Assembly: GCF_006345805.1 (NCBI RefSeq)
Contig: NC_043021.1
Location: 62,001-126,000, forward strand
Direction of reading: 5' to 3'
DNA length: 64,000 nt
Origin: Octopus sinensis
Taxonomy: Eukaryota
A program made the position numbers and the translations under genes. The notes under the pieces are model-generated. The model was not told the DNA's origin. It searched no databases and saw nothing but the letters and a program-made list of their open reading frames with translations. Shown piece after piece: positions 1 to 14,212 of this stretch. Positions within the stretch are counted from its first letter, which is position 1. The number at the start of each line of letters is the position of its first letter.

Positions 1-586
1 TCAGAGAGAGAGAGAGCAGGAGAGAGGGCAATCGTCTGTGACGACGGAGAAATCACCATGTATTTATGTAAGCATGTATGTGTGTATGCATGTAGATATT
101 TATGTATGTATATATGTATGTATGTATACATACATACAACAACATAACAAAGTCCTCAGAACGTAGTTGTCCTCCCCCTACGTTCAAATGTGTTTATCAA
201 GCGAATCTCTTATCTCCAGAATCGTCTACAGATATTATAGCTTGACTTAATTCCATTTATCATACATTGTTACATACAAAGAGCTGCCATACAGGCAGAC
301 AGCCAATTACAGGGACATATTATTATACATTATATAACACACACACCACACACACACACATATATATATATGCGTGTGTATACGTAATAATTGAGAGTTA
401 TATGTACACAAATACACATAAAAATATGAACACAACCCATTACGTTATGAACGACTGACATATGTATAAATGTATTAAACGCGCACAAATATAGGTGCAT
501 ATAGGTAGATAGGTAGGCGTGTGTGTGTATATATATTTCTATATATATATTCATATACAACATGCATATATATATGTATATGTATG

Positions 587-657
<71 letters not shown>

Positions 658-924
658 ATGTCTGTATGTATGTATATATATGTGTGTATGTATGTATGTA
701 TGTATGTATGTATGTATGTATGTATATTTGTATATATGAATGAATGAATAATTGGTGATTGTAAACATCTTCTGAACCAGTCTGTCTTGTAGTAATAGCA
801 ACAAAAGCAACATCGACTAACGTCAAATGGTTAGAATTACGACAATAGTTATTAGTGGATGATGACGACGACGACGATGACGATGACAGTGGTGGTGGAG
901 ATGACGATGGTGGGAACAAAGAAC

Positions 925-1084
<160 letters not shown>

Positions 1085-1319
1085 TGGAAAAGAGGAGGAG
1101 GAAGTGGACTATGGGAGTGAGAGCCACGCAGATAATGAGTTTGCTGATGTTGATGATAATGATATTAATGATGATGATGATGACGATATCGGTAGGAAAG
1201 AAGAGGCTGACAGGGGTGGCGATGACGAAGAGGATGATGTTGCTGATTATGTCAATAAAGATATCTTGCATTAATAATATTGTAGAGTAAGTTGCAGTAG
1301 CAGCAGCAGCAGTAGCAGC

Positions 1320-1396
<77 letters not shown>

Positions 1397-2023
1397 TGTG
1401 GTGGTGGTAATGTTGATGATTAGCGTTCTACTTGTATTTCGAACTGTAATTTCTGACAAGCTCAAGAAGGCTCCTTTCAAAAGCGGTGACCCTCAACGTT
1501 AACACGTGTCGAAGAAGGAATGGACAGAACTCTATACTTTTTTGCTTTTCCTGCAGACAACCGTCTTCCCAAGAGACATCCAATAAACAACATCCCATGC
1601 TGATTAGCGGAATTGGGAATGTGGAACGTGCAGACCGTTGTTTTGGGCGGTGGGTTTGTATGTTTAAGAGTGTGGGAGATAGGTGGAGGGAGGGCCAGAT
1701 GGCGCTGCTTCCAGAGGTACGCTGCACTCTAATACAAATTAATGCTCTCTTATGGCCTTCGTTAGTTGTAATTGTGTTCTTGTGATGAATAAATAGTTTA
1801 GTAGTGTCTCGAATGATGAATGGGACGGTTTGTGTGCGGTCATGTGATCATGGTGACTGGAAACCGGATAACACAGTTAATGACTTCAAAACTGTATCAT
1901 GCATTTCCTCTTGGCGTCCATTTTTTTTTTTTGGCTTTTATCAACGTATATGTGCGTGTGTGTGTATACGAATTGATATACATATACATGAATATATACC
2001 AAATACAAAGACAAGTAAATTTC

Positions 2024-2054
<31 letters not shown>

Positions 2055-2192
2055 ATATGTATGTATGTATGTATACGTAAAATCACACAGGGACATATTA
2101 TACATATATTCTTAAAAATACATATGCATCGCACAGACACAGGCATATATATGTTTGTATGTATGTATGTATACACACATATATATATATAC

Positions 2193-2236
<44 letters not shown>

Positions 2237-2276
2237 GTATATTTATATTTATATACATACATACATACGTATATAT

Positions 2277-2379
<103 letters not shown>

Positions 2380-2394
2380 ATAGATATAGACATA

Positions 2395-3168
<774 letters not shown>

Positions 3169-3603
3169 ATATACTATCAAGATTCAGTTGAATTAGTCCA
3201 TGTTTACTATCTGTGGAGGTTGGGGATCAAATCATTAATTGAACCAACATCCTAAACGAAAGCCCGAGTTACTGTGCTAATGTCATCATAAGAATAAATT
3301 TCACATACATGATTTTCTCCAGTCACTCACATCGGGTTGTTCTGTCAAGAGCACTGCACCCCAGCAGGGGTTTAACAACTTAGAAATCAGAGGGAACCAC
3401 ATGAAATCTAGCAATAAATAAATTATTCAGATCTTGCTTTATCCTCCTAACGTAGCGGAACTGTCACCTCTAATCACTCTCATGTGAGGACTGCTTCTGG
3501 GCATAAAATGGATGAAATGACCTAATACATACATACATATGTATGTGTGTGTATATATACATATTTCATATTTGAATTTATTCTCATATATATATATATA
3601 TAT

Positions 3604-3641
<38 letters not shown>

Positions 3642-3672
3642 CATATATAATATATATATATATATATATAAT

Positions 3673-3703
<31 letters not shown>

Positions 3704-3842
3704 CTATATATATATATATATAATATATATATATATTATATATATATATATATATATGCCTTATATATATCATATATACCTATATACATTCATACAAATT
3801 TATGTTGTGTGTGCAGAATGTAAATATATATGTATGTATGTA

Positions 3843-3911
<69 letters not shown>

Positions 3912-4136
3912 TTATACATATATATATATATACACATACATATATACTTATATTTTATATATATATATGTATATTAATAATCTTTACTCATACAAATGCA
4001 CATACATATAAATACATGTACATACATACACGCAAACTCACATAAACACACACACATATACGAGAAATATATGCACGTATGTGTGTGTGTGTGTGCGCGT
4101 GCTTTGGTTGAAGTGTGCTCTGTTAGTTGTACCTAC

Positions 4137-4233
4137 CTCGGCATCGGGTTGGTCCTTTAGTGCTGCCAGAACATCCTCACGTGACAAGACGAACAGTTCG
4201 GAATATCCTAAAGACCTTACATCTGCAGTGCGT
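4137..4233 (-). CDS. CNG channel exon: (R)RTADVRSLGYSELFVLSREDVLAALKDQPDAE
   Basis: Acceptor gattttcag, donor gtaggt, 97 nt; RTA.VRS.GYS.LF.LS motif, also visible inside ORF-track entry 4038..4373. Confidence 0.95.
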
Positions 4234-5300
4234 CTGAAAATCATCAAAGAAAGAAGCAGCTGTTTAGAAATGACGGGAATATTCTCGAAACAAATGTAAA
4301 TAAATATCGGAAGCGATAAATGTTGGAGTTGGGGGAGGATCACGTGACACCAAACAGGGAACATTGCTTTCATGGAATCGATCTGTAGATAGGATGAAAG
4401 GCAAATGTCGGCCTTGAGACCATCGGAATTTCAGAACATAGATGGATGGAACTAAATGATTATCGTCGCTCTCATGGTTGTTGTTGTTGTTGTTGTCGAT
4501 GTGGCTCATGTTGCATTGGTTTCGTTGTTGACTGAGAAGACTTAGCATAAATGTCGTTCTAACCGTGACCATCACGTTCACATCGACGACTACATTTTTC
4601 AATGTATCCAACGTTTTTAAGTTGGTAGGATGTAATTTGAGTGCATTTGGCTGTTATCTTTACCATTCGAGTGACCAGCCTCTCTGACTGTACCATAATC
4701 TAAAATACATTTCTCACCTCAGTACATCACTGGTATCTTATTTCATCGACAATCCCAAAAAAATGAAAGTAAAGGAAAAGATCTCACTTCGGAGTAATTT
4801 CAACTCAGACTCTTTACGTAAAAACCTCGATACTCTAAGTCTGCTAGTCTGGTGCTCTACCATTTCCTCAATTCCACTGGACAGACTGGAGTGGGGGAGT
4901 AAATTTTTATTTGCCATTAAACCCGAGATGGACAATTAGCAGAATCGTTGAAGAATCAGAGAGGTTTTCCGCTGCTACCTTTTTCCGGGTTTCTGCATTC
5001 TCAGTTCAAATCCCATCGTTAACAGTTCTTCCTTTTTGGAGAATGTTAAGAGAGATAATTAAACCACGAGTTGAGATTGATTGACAGATGATAATATTAG
5101 CTGTATGTGCTGTAGGTCTTTACGTAACGAGTTCAAATTCTACCTGCTGTCAATGATCCCCTATGACCTCGGGGACTTGTTAAAACACTGACAGGGCTAC
5201 AGAGTGAGACGGAACAATATATTAGTCATATCAAGACAAAAATCGAGAGGGGCCTGAAGTGGGAAGAATGATAAGAGAGGTGAAAAAAAACCTTCTTATA

Positions 5301-5468
5301 GGTGCAAGCGTAGCTGTGTGGTAAGATTACTTCCCAACTATATGGTTCTGAGTTCAGTCCCATTGCATGGCAACTTGAGTGTCTTCTTCTATAACCTCGG
5401 GCCGACCAAAGCCTAGTGATTGGAGTTGGTAGACGGAAACTGAAAGAATCCCGCCATATATATAAATA

Positions 5469-5504
<36 letters not shown>

Positions 5505-5671
5505 TGTATGTATGTATGTATGTATGTATATCTATTTGTGAGTGTCTTTCTCTCTGTGTTTATCCCCTCACCAACACTTGACAACCGATGCTGGTGTGCT
5601 TGCATCCCCATAACTTAGCGGTGCCCCAGCATGGCCGCAGTGGTGTAATGACTGCAACAAGTAAAAGATTA
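5301..5671 (+). mobile_element. SINE family A copy
   Basis: Same head, (TATG)n middle and tail. Confidence 0.8.
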
Positions 5672-7641
5672 CGACCTTGTTGGTGAATGAAGTTTCTCTA
5701 ATTTCTTCTGCTTTATCGCGACTGTACATACAACAACAAAACAAAAAGAAGTACACCATATTTTAAGGTGGAGGTCATTTTCCGTACGGTCCAGGCATTA
5801 TCAGAAAAATGCAAAAAGAAAAATTATCTGAATTTAGTTGCGTCTCTTTTCGTTCTGAGTTCAATTCCCACTGAGGTATGTTAACTTTAACTTTCATCAT
5901 TCGATCGATAAAATCAGTAAAAGTCATGGATCGAAGTTGATTTTATTGATTATCTCCTTCTTTATATGTTGTGAGTTTGGGCCAATGGGTTAGGAACCAT
6001 AAAAGGAATACAAAAATATTTTTGGATGCGAAGAAAAACCTTTCAGTTGCCATTTTTACATTGATGTTTCTAAAGTAATATCGATCTGTCTCCGCTACTC
6101 CACTCCACCCCACCCACCCCGTCTGTAGAGAGATTTTTCAAAGTTATGCGTTGATATGATTCAGTTTTCACTGATGTATTTAACTTCAACTTATTAAAAA
6201 GTTTGCTTCCAGCTTCGGACATTTGCATAGCGGAAATATCTTACTGAATGGTGATGCCGTGTTAACCAATATCTCTGGAGCTTCGCTTCTGCAGTTGCAA
6301 ATCTCAATAGTAAAGAATTTTGCTATAAATAGTATATTAGCTAGAATCTCTCGAGTATGGCTTCTTCTCCATTTAAAGAATTGGTTGGTGGAGAATTTAC
6401 AGTAAATACTCAATTATTCAGTGTCTCGCCTAAATCGATGAAAGTAAAAGAGACAAAAAAAAAAAACGAGAACAGAATTGAAAAATTCATTGAAAATATT
6501 CGTTTCTGTGATGTTGGCTAAAAGATACATTTCTACAACTTCGCTTAACTTTTAAATAGAGAAAAAAAATCATGTAGTTAGTAATAATAAAATAATTAAC
6601 ATTAAGCAGTAAGTCTATTGTAGGTGGCCCTAAATGCCGGAAAGGGGAGAAGGTGTAGGAGTTAAAGATTGGTCAGAAAGGAAAGGGTTTAAGGTAAAAC
6701 AGTAATTTGAATTTTTTATTTATCAGATACAAACCACAAAGAAACTGAAATCCTATTTTATAACATAATTCTAATATGGTAATATACGATTCTTAAAAGA
6801 CAATAACCATTCGTTTTTATATTGAAAATCCCAAAATTGCTTTCTAGGGGTTTTGTTTATTTCTGCATAATTTGGTTGCTTTTTCGATATTTAATTCTTC
6901 CTCTTGAAACAAAAAAAATTATGTAATTTTTTATTCCATTTAATTTCTTTGAATGCTTTCAATTAGAATCACTGTTTATTCATTGGTTCTGTAAGGCTAT
7001 ATTTGGCATGACTCGTTGTTGTTGTTGTTGTTCTTGCTGCTTGCTGGCGATTGGCCGGTTATTGTTATTTATGGTCCAATCAGTTGAAAGCAATGCATAA
7101 TAGCAAAGGCGGCGACCAGCAGCTTGGATAGTGTGTTTAATTATTCATTGTCAGACAAATGCTAATATACCGACAGTCTAAAGACATTTCTGTCGCAGAG
7201 GTTACAAAGTGCTGAGTGTGTTAATCACTTCTAACGTCGTTCAACATAATCAACGTTTCACTTTTATTGAATAATAATTTTAATTAGTGTTATAATCATA
7301 ATAATAATAACAACAACAACAACAACAACAACAATAACAAATTCTACTATCATATGATGGTTTCAAAGGTGGACGTGAGATAGCAGAACCGTCAGAGTTG
7401 TGGAACAAACGCTTTGTTCCGACCATTGTTCAAACCCCGCTGGAATTAATTTTCATTCTTCCCAAAACAAAACAAAAAGAACATGTACTTCCCGAATACG
7501 GACGTCCAGGAAACTACGATCCCTTAAAAATGTGCTCGGTGCTTAAATTAGAAACAATTATATAATGATTCCGATATTAAAGAGGATGGCAATAATAATA
7601 ATAATAATAATAATAATATAATAATAATAATAATAATAATA

Positions 7642-8189
7642 AATGCCCTGATGCAGTACCAGGCAGTGGCTCTCGTGGCTTCTGATCTTAGTTGATTGGA
7701 AGTGATATCATGTACATTGTTTTGTCTTGGTATAAAAGATGGCCTACAGCAAATATTCTGCTCAATACCACAGATTTGCTTGTCAGTTGTTTGACCGTAA
7801 CCAGTTGAGCATGTCCCTTGGTGGCTGACGATATGTGCATCTCTGATCACGAGCAGAGGTAGTGGGGGAGCATCATAGCCATGTGCTGAGAGGGATTCTT
7901 TGGGGTTTGAATAATTCACCTCTGGAAACGTGGGTGGTTCGTTCAATATCCTTAAACAATCCTTATTCAGGGACCTTTTGAGCAGGATGGGTTACTCGAC
8001 CAGAAGAAAATTCTAACTGGGCCCCATCTGCAAGGTCATGTGCTGTTTATCTTGATATGAGATCACCATGTCGCGCACATATGGTTGTGATGCATGCGCC
8101 TAGTGTACCCTTATCAGACGGGTAGTCATGATGGGCATACTGCGCTTCGTATAGTGTCACTTTGATGGCATGCACAGCTCTCTCACTCA

Positions 8190-8190
<1 letters not shown>
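7642..8190. mobile_element. About 550-bp non-coding interspersed element embedded in an (AAT)n microsatellite
   Basis: Complex GC-richer sequence with (AAT)n on both sides (7590-7641, 8191-8250). Confidence 0.6.
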
Positions 8191-8252
<62 letters not shown>

Positions 8253-9416
8253 CAACAACAACAACAACAACAATGTGAAGCCTTAAAAACATGTTACAAA
8301 AATTATTATATTATAAACTTTTGGAGTTTTATATAAAAAGTTGCCTAAAGAAGCAGGGTTGGGGCGTGGCTACGCCTTGGCATGATTATACATCATTATA
8401 AGTATATATAAACACCCGCGCGGGAATGTGGTCTGTGTTGCATATGTTGTGCTTATTATTTTGAATGCTTTATGGAATTCTAGCAATAATCGACTTAATC
8501 GATATTTTGTTCAAAATTACCTGCAATTGCATTGAATAACAGATTTTTCAGAAAATCACAGGTATCAGTGCAACTTCATTAATATAAAGGATGCATATGC
8601 TTTATGATAGACCACTTATCGTCATAATTCTCCATCCATTAACCTTTAGGCTCCATATGTATTTAGAAAGTGGAGTGGCAAAACACTTTCTGCATTGACT
8701 GAGCTAATGTAGTTTTCAGTGTAACTTCTAAAGATTTTGTGAGCATTGTATAGCACAATACAACAACAACAATAATAATAATAATACATAAATAAACATA
8801 TCAGAGGGAGGGACACCCGGTGGCCTGCATTGATTTGTTTTTAGTAAGATGGGGAACTCGTTTGTGCTAGAAACACCAACACTATCACCTCTCACCACTA
8901 TTTCATGTCGCAAATAGCAACAGGTACGAGGGTGCGTTACTTTGGTTACAAGACCCTTCGTGATAGTGGATAAATCACACCCGACCTTCTTGAAGCAGAC
9001 CACTTTAAACGATTTAATTTGCGATATAAAAAAAGCCGGATGATCACAGTTGAAGCATCATTGATGTGTCCGCTCGATCAGTGGCTGAACTTTAGGCGAA
9101 ACGACAGAAAGAGCAACAGCAATGAGCAACAGAAGCTACAACAGAGTCGTTGACAGACGAGATCGACTGAGCGCTAATGCATGAATAGTATTTAATAAAT
9201 GAACAGAGATATGTAAATGACCGAGTCAATCCCCGACGACGAAATAATTAAGAAAGAAAAATATTAACTGAACGGCAGATAACATGGCGAAATGTTTATT
9301 AAGATTGTCGTCTGCTGAGAACGGAATGGCAGAAAGGCAATAATCGGCACTTGAAAGAAAATGTTCTCAGATGTAGAAAACAAGCACTGATGTGTGTGCG
9401 TCTACGGATATATATG

Positions 9417-9472
<56 letters not shown>

Positions 9473-9515
9473 TATATATACATGCATATATATACAAATA
9501 TACGTACATATATAC

Positions 9516-9561
<46 letters not shown>

Positions 9562-10163
9562 GTATTTATATATAAATATATATACATGTATGTATACATA
9601 CACATATATTTATATATATGTACACATGCATTTATATATTTATATATATACATATACATATATTTATATATATATGCACATACATATATATATATATACA
9701 CATATGCGTATATATAGATACATATACATATATACTTGTATACATATATTTATATATATGTTTTTAGATATATGTGTGCATACACATTCACACACACATA
9801 CACACACACACACACACACTCACACGGTTTGTTTTCTTTAGTATTACACTTTTTGTTAACATTGTTGTTGCTAACTTTCTGAAGTGTAAAAATGGCGGCA
9901 ACAAAGAGCAAAATAATTCAGAAAAAAAACTCCAAATTTTAATTAAAAAAGTCGTTTTATACTTTATACTGAATTCAATATTTTAATGTTTATTAATTTT
10001 CGTTAAACATTCAATGTTTTTCTTCAAAACATTTCTCTTTTTCCAGCGTTTTTTTGTATTCCACTATTTCTATGCATTCATTCCACTAACGCAACATTTC
10101 CTTCTACAAACTTTACCATTTTATTCAATATAATATTAATATTAATATTACTATTACTACCGC

Positions 10164-10204
<41 letters not shown>

Positions 10205-10226
10205 TATTATTATTATTATTTTTATC

Positions 10227-10284
<58 letters not shown>

Positions 10285-10287
10285 CAT

Positions 10288-10340
<53 letters not shown>

Positions 10341-10678
10341 GATGTAGTATTAATATTAGTGTTAACAGATACGAAAATAATTTTTTCATAATTATGCAAA
10401 TAAGATTAACAATAAACACAATAGTGGTGGTGGTGTTGGTGGTGGTGGTAGTGATTTCTTCAGTAATATATGAAGCTATTAAGGAAGTAATTATTATCAA
10501 ATAATTCAATCATCATTACTATTATCATTATCTTCATTATCATTATCACTTGCAATCAACTTGTTGTTGTTGTAATCATCATTATACTTTATTTTCTTTC
10601 GTATTAGGTTTAACAAAACAACACCTTCATCAAACAAACTTGTTACATTTATTACAAATTTTAACGTAATTATATAAT

Positions 10679-10730
<52 letters not shown>

Positions 10731-10948
10731 CACAACATATTCATGAATATACGCACACAATAATAATAATCTATTCTACTATAGGTACTGTGTCTGAAAT
10801 TTTAGAGTTGGATCTGGTCAGTTTAAAGCGACTCAATGACACAACTAGTACTTCTTTCATCGACCCCGACAGGCAAAATCGACCTCAGTGGAATTTGAAC
10901 TCAGAACGGAAGCATACATAAAAGTGTGTATAGGTATGTATAGTAGTA

Positions 10949-11032
<84 letters not shown>

Positions 11033-11034
11033 CG

Positions 11035-11106
<72 letters not shown>

Positions 11107-11556
11107 GTATTATATACGTATATATTATATCTTATAAATATATATATATATATAGATATATATTATATATATTCTATATATATATATATATAATATATAT
11201 ACATACGTATATATATATGTATATATATATTCATACATACATACATATATATATAATATATATATAGATAAATAGATAGATAGATGTATCTATATGGGTA
11301 TATATATATATGTGTGGGTGGGTGTATATCTATGTATATAATATATATATATATATATGGGCATAAATGAGCGTGTGTGTAATATGTATAGAGATAATAA
11401 ATATTATATTTCTTAAAGCGGTATTCCACAATGACATTGACCTCGAAAGTGAAAATATATTAATGAATAGAAAACATGCCGCGTTTTTATACGAATGTTA
11501 TATCCTTTGTTGATGACGTATCAGAAATATCCGTATGTATTGGTGTTATATAATAT

Positions 11557-11632
<76 letters not shown>

Positions 11633-12296
11633 GTATGTAATACTTATGTTATATCCTATGGCTGTTATATATAACGCATCAAATGTGTGTGGGTGTTATA
11701 CCATAGTGATATCACTCGAAAGTGTCATACATGTGTGTTCGTGCGTGTTATACGAGAGTTATATCATGTACGGACGTTACTTATAATTTATCCAATGTGT
11801 GTATGTTGTATAAAAAAATGTGTGTTATATGAAAGTTGTTATTCAATATTCAGTTGTTATTACTCACTCTAAGAATCTTTATGGAATATATTTTATTCCT
11901 ACCAATGTGAAATATCCATCGTGTTCGTGTTATAAATATTTTATGCGATAATCGTCCATCACATTTTCTCTCCTATTCTCGTTATAAAATATATTACATC
12001 ATTGCCAGAACAATGCAACACTGCGCGGTCGTCGAACTGCGAGAAATATCAGAGATCTCTCCTACATGAACGACTGAAGGTTGCATCACTCGTAAGATAC
12101 TTAGATACGCTTAGAGACGTGACACAACATCTATTCTATGGCAGGAATATCTTGCTTGATGAACTTGCTGGTCCTGATGTAATATTCGTATAACACGCAC
12201 GCACATGAAGTCTGTGGTGCCTGTGCGAGTGTGTATGTGTGTGTGAGTGTGTGTGTGCGTGTGTGTGTGTGCGTGTGTGTGTGTGTGTAGCACTCG

Positions 12297-12357
<61 letters not shown>

Positions 12358-12689
12358 ACACATTCATGCATGTACCGGCAGAATCGTCCAAATTTTAGAT
12401 TCAGCTTCGAACCTTTGTATCTCAGGAATGCTTAAAGTTAACTTAATGGAATTTTCAGAGCTTTTCCCAACATTATTGGACATTAGTTTGAGGAAGAAAA
12501 AAATGTCGATTACTCTCAAAGGTCACCAGAAAAATCGTGGTGAAGTTGATCACGGACGGAATTGACATTTTCATAAATAATTAACCATAGCTCAGGATTG
12601 AGAGCTCATAAAGGGTTGAAATATAGTTCGTTCGGAAGTTTGAAGTATTATTTCAAAGTGCCAGACGGAATCCTGGCCGAAATCCTGTC

Positions 12690-12900
12690 AGTTAGACATC
12701 AAGTGCTGCTCCGCTTCGGGCAATGGCTTCATCAGCTCACTTCTTGACAAGCTTTCTTAATGAATTCCACGTCAATTTTTTCCACCTGCATCCTACTGAT
12801 GGGATATTTGATGGCTTGTAGGTTACTGTGGGGCCTCTCACAAGCTTTTCTGACTTCCTTCATTCCAGGGTTTAAATCAGGTGATGAAGGGGGCCAAGTG
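12690..12900 (-). mobile_element. Tc1/mariner-superfamily transposase remnant, 3' part (WPPSSPDLNP...), interrupted by the CR1 LINE
   Basis: Minus-strand WPPSSPDLNP...KACERPHSNL...IKKACQ, ending in an EA..A.SG-like tail. Confidence 0.75.
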
Positions 12901-14212
12901 AATAAACAGTCTCCTGTTGACGCAGAGTCACCCTTGATTTCTTCCCTGGAGACGTCCAAACCGAAGGGAACAAAATCGAGGCGGCCAAAGAAGGCGAAGG
13001 AACCGGCGGTCGTTTCTGCACATGATCGTTCCCGTGCGGATTCTTCCTCATCTGCCTTTTCGGTCCCGGAGGTTCCCCAACCTAATTTGAGGAGCGTAGA
13101 CTCAAACCCACCTGAAGACCGTTGTTCTCCCCAAAAGAAGAAACGTAGTCAAAACTCCAGTGGGGCGGATTTAGCTATGAAACCTGACCACGATAAACGG
13201 TCTCCTGTGACGCAGGGTCACCCTTGATTTCTTCCCTGGAGACGTCCAAACCGAAGGGAACAAAATCGAAGCGGCCAAAGAAGGCGAAGGAACCGGCGGT
13301 CGTTCCTGCACATGATCGTTCCTGTGCGGATTCTTCCTCATCTGCCTTTTCGGTCCCGGAGGTTCCCCAACCTAGTTCGAGGAGCGTAGACTCAAACCCA
13401 CCTGAAGACCGTTGTTCTCCCCAAAAGAAGAAACGTAGTCAAAACTCCAGAGGGGCAGATTTGGCTATGAAACCTGATCACGATAAAATCTGTTTGGATT
13501 CTCCTCACTTGTCCTTCCCATTAATGCCATTGCTCAACCAATTCTGAACGATCTCGATGTGGGTTCATCTGGGGAGTGGTGCTCCCCCAAACCGAAGAAG
13601 AGGCAGTGCAGTTCCAAACCAGGCGGGAAAATTATGACCACTAAATCCATTCCGATCGACCCCACAGGCCGACATAAGTCCGATGGCTATGAAACCACCC
13701 TTTCGAAATCCTCCAATGAAGAATCGAATACCGCAGCTCATAGTAGAGAACTTTTTGCCCACTCAAGATCGGCAATAATATATGGCAAGGCTGAATCCAC
13801 CTGTGATACAGGCATAAACCGCCTAAAAGATGACATTAATTTTGTTTCCGTTTTGGTTGGAAAATTGTTCTCTGTGAACGAAAATGTCAGTGTTCTTAAG
13901 GTCGCTCGGCTAGGAAGATTCCAAGCGAACCCAACCGCAGATACTAGACCACGCCCAATAAGGGTAATCTTTTCTTCTGATCGGGAGGCTTCAGTCTTTC
14001 TGAACAGAGCTCAGACGCATGCCTGGGAGGACCCCAATATGGGTTTTCGCGAGGAATACTCACTAAGAGAGAGAATTCGCCGGAGGAACCTGATATCCGA
14101 GCTAAAGATGAGGAAACAAATGGGAGAGAAGGGTTTACGAATCCAAGATGGACAGATAATCAAGTCCTACCTCTGGTCCCATGCTGTAGTGCTGACAGGG
14201 AAAGTGATGTGA
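12901..14212 (+). pseudogene. LINE ORF1 (5'-truncated, frameshifted as given), with two tandem ~291-bp units and an RRM/CTD-like C-terminal part
   Basis: AIIYGKAES...RLGR...RPRPIRVIF...RERIRRRNLISELKMRKQMGEKGLRIQDGQII matches the ORF1 type common in CR1/L2/Jockey elements; units start at 12902 and 13193. Confidence 0.8.

Noticed and set aside
184-225. Possible terminal exon after tctgtag (TILEIRDSLDKHI-stop)
   Set aside because: Does not resemble the conserved C-helix continuation; unsupported.
1690-1707. CTCF-like motif GGCCAGATGGCGCTG
   Set aside because: Single partial match; not distinguishable from background without ChIP or conservation data.
3331-3378. 48-nt pseudo-exon with gtgagt donor (LLNPCWGAVLLTEQPD)
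   Set aside because: No similarity to the expected CNG C-helix and weak acceptor; next true exon is probably outside the window.
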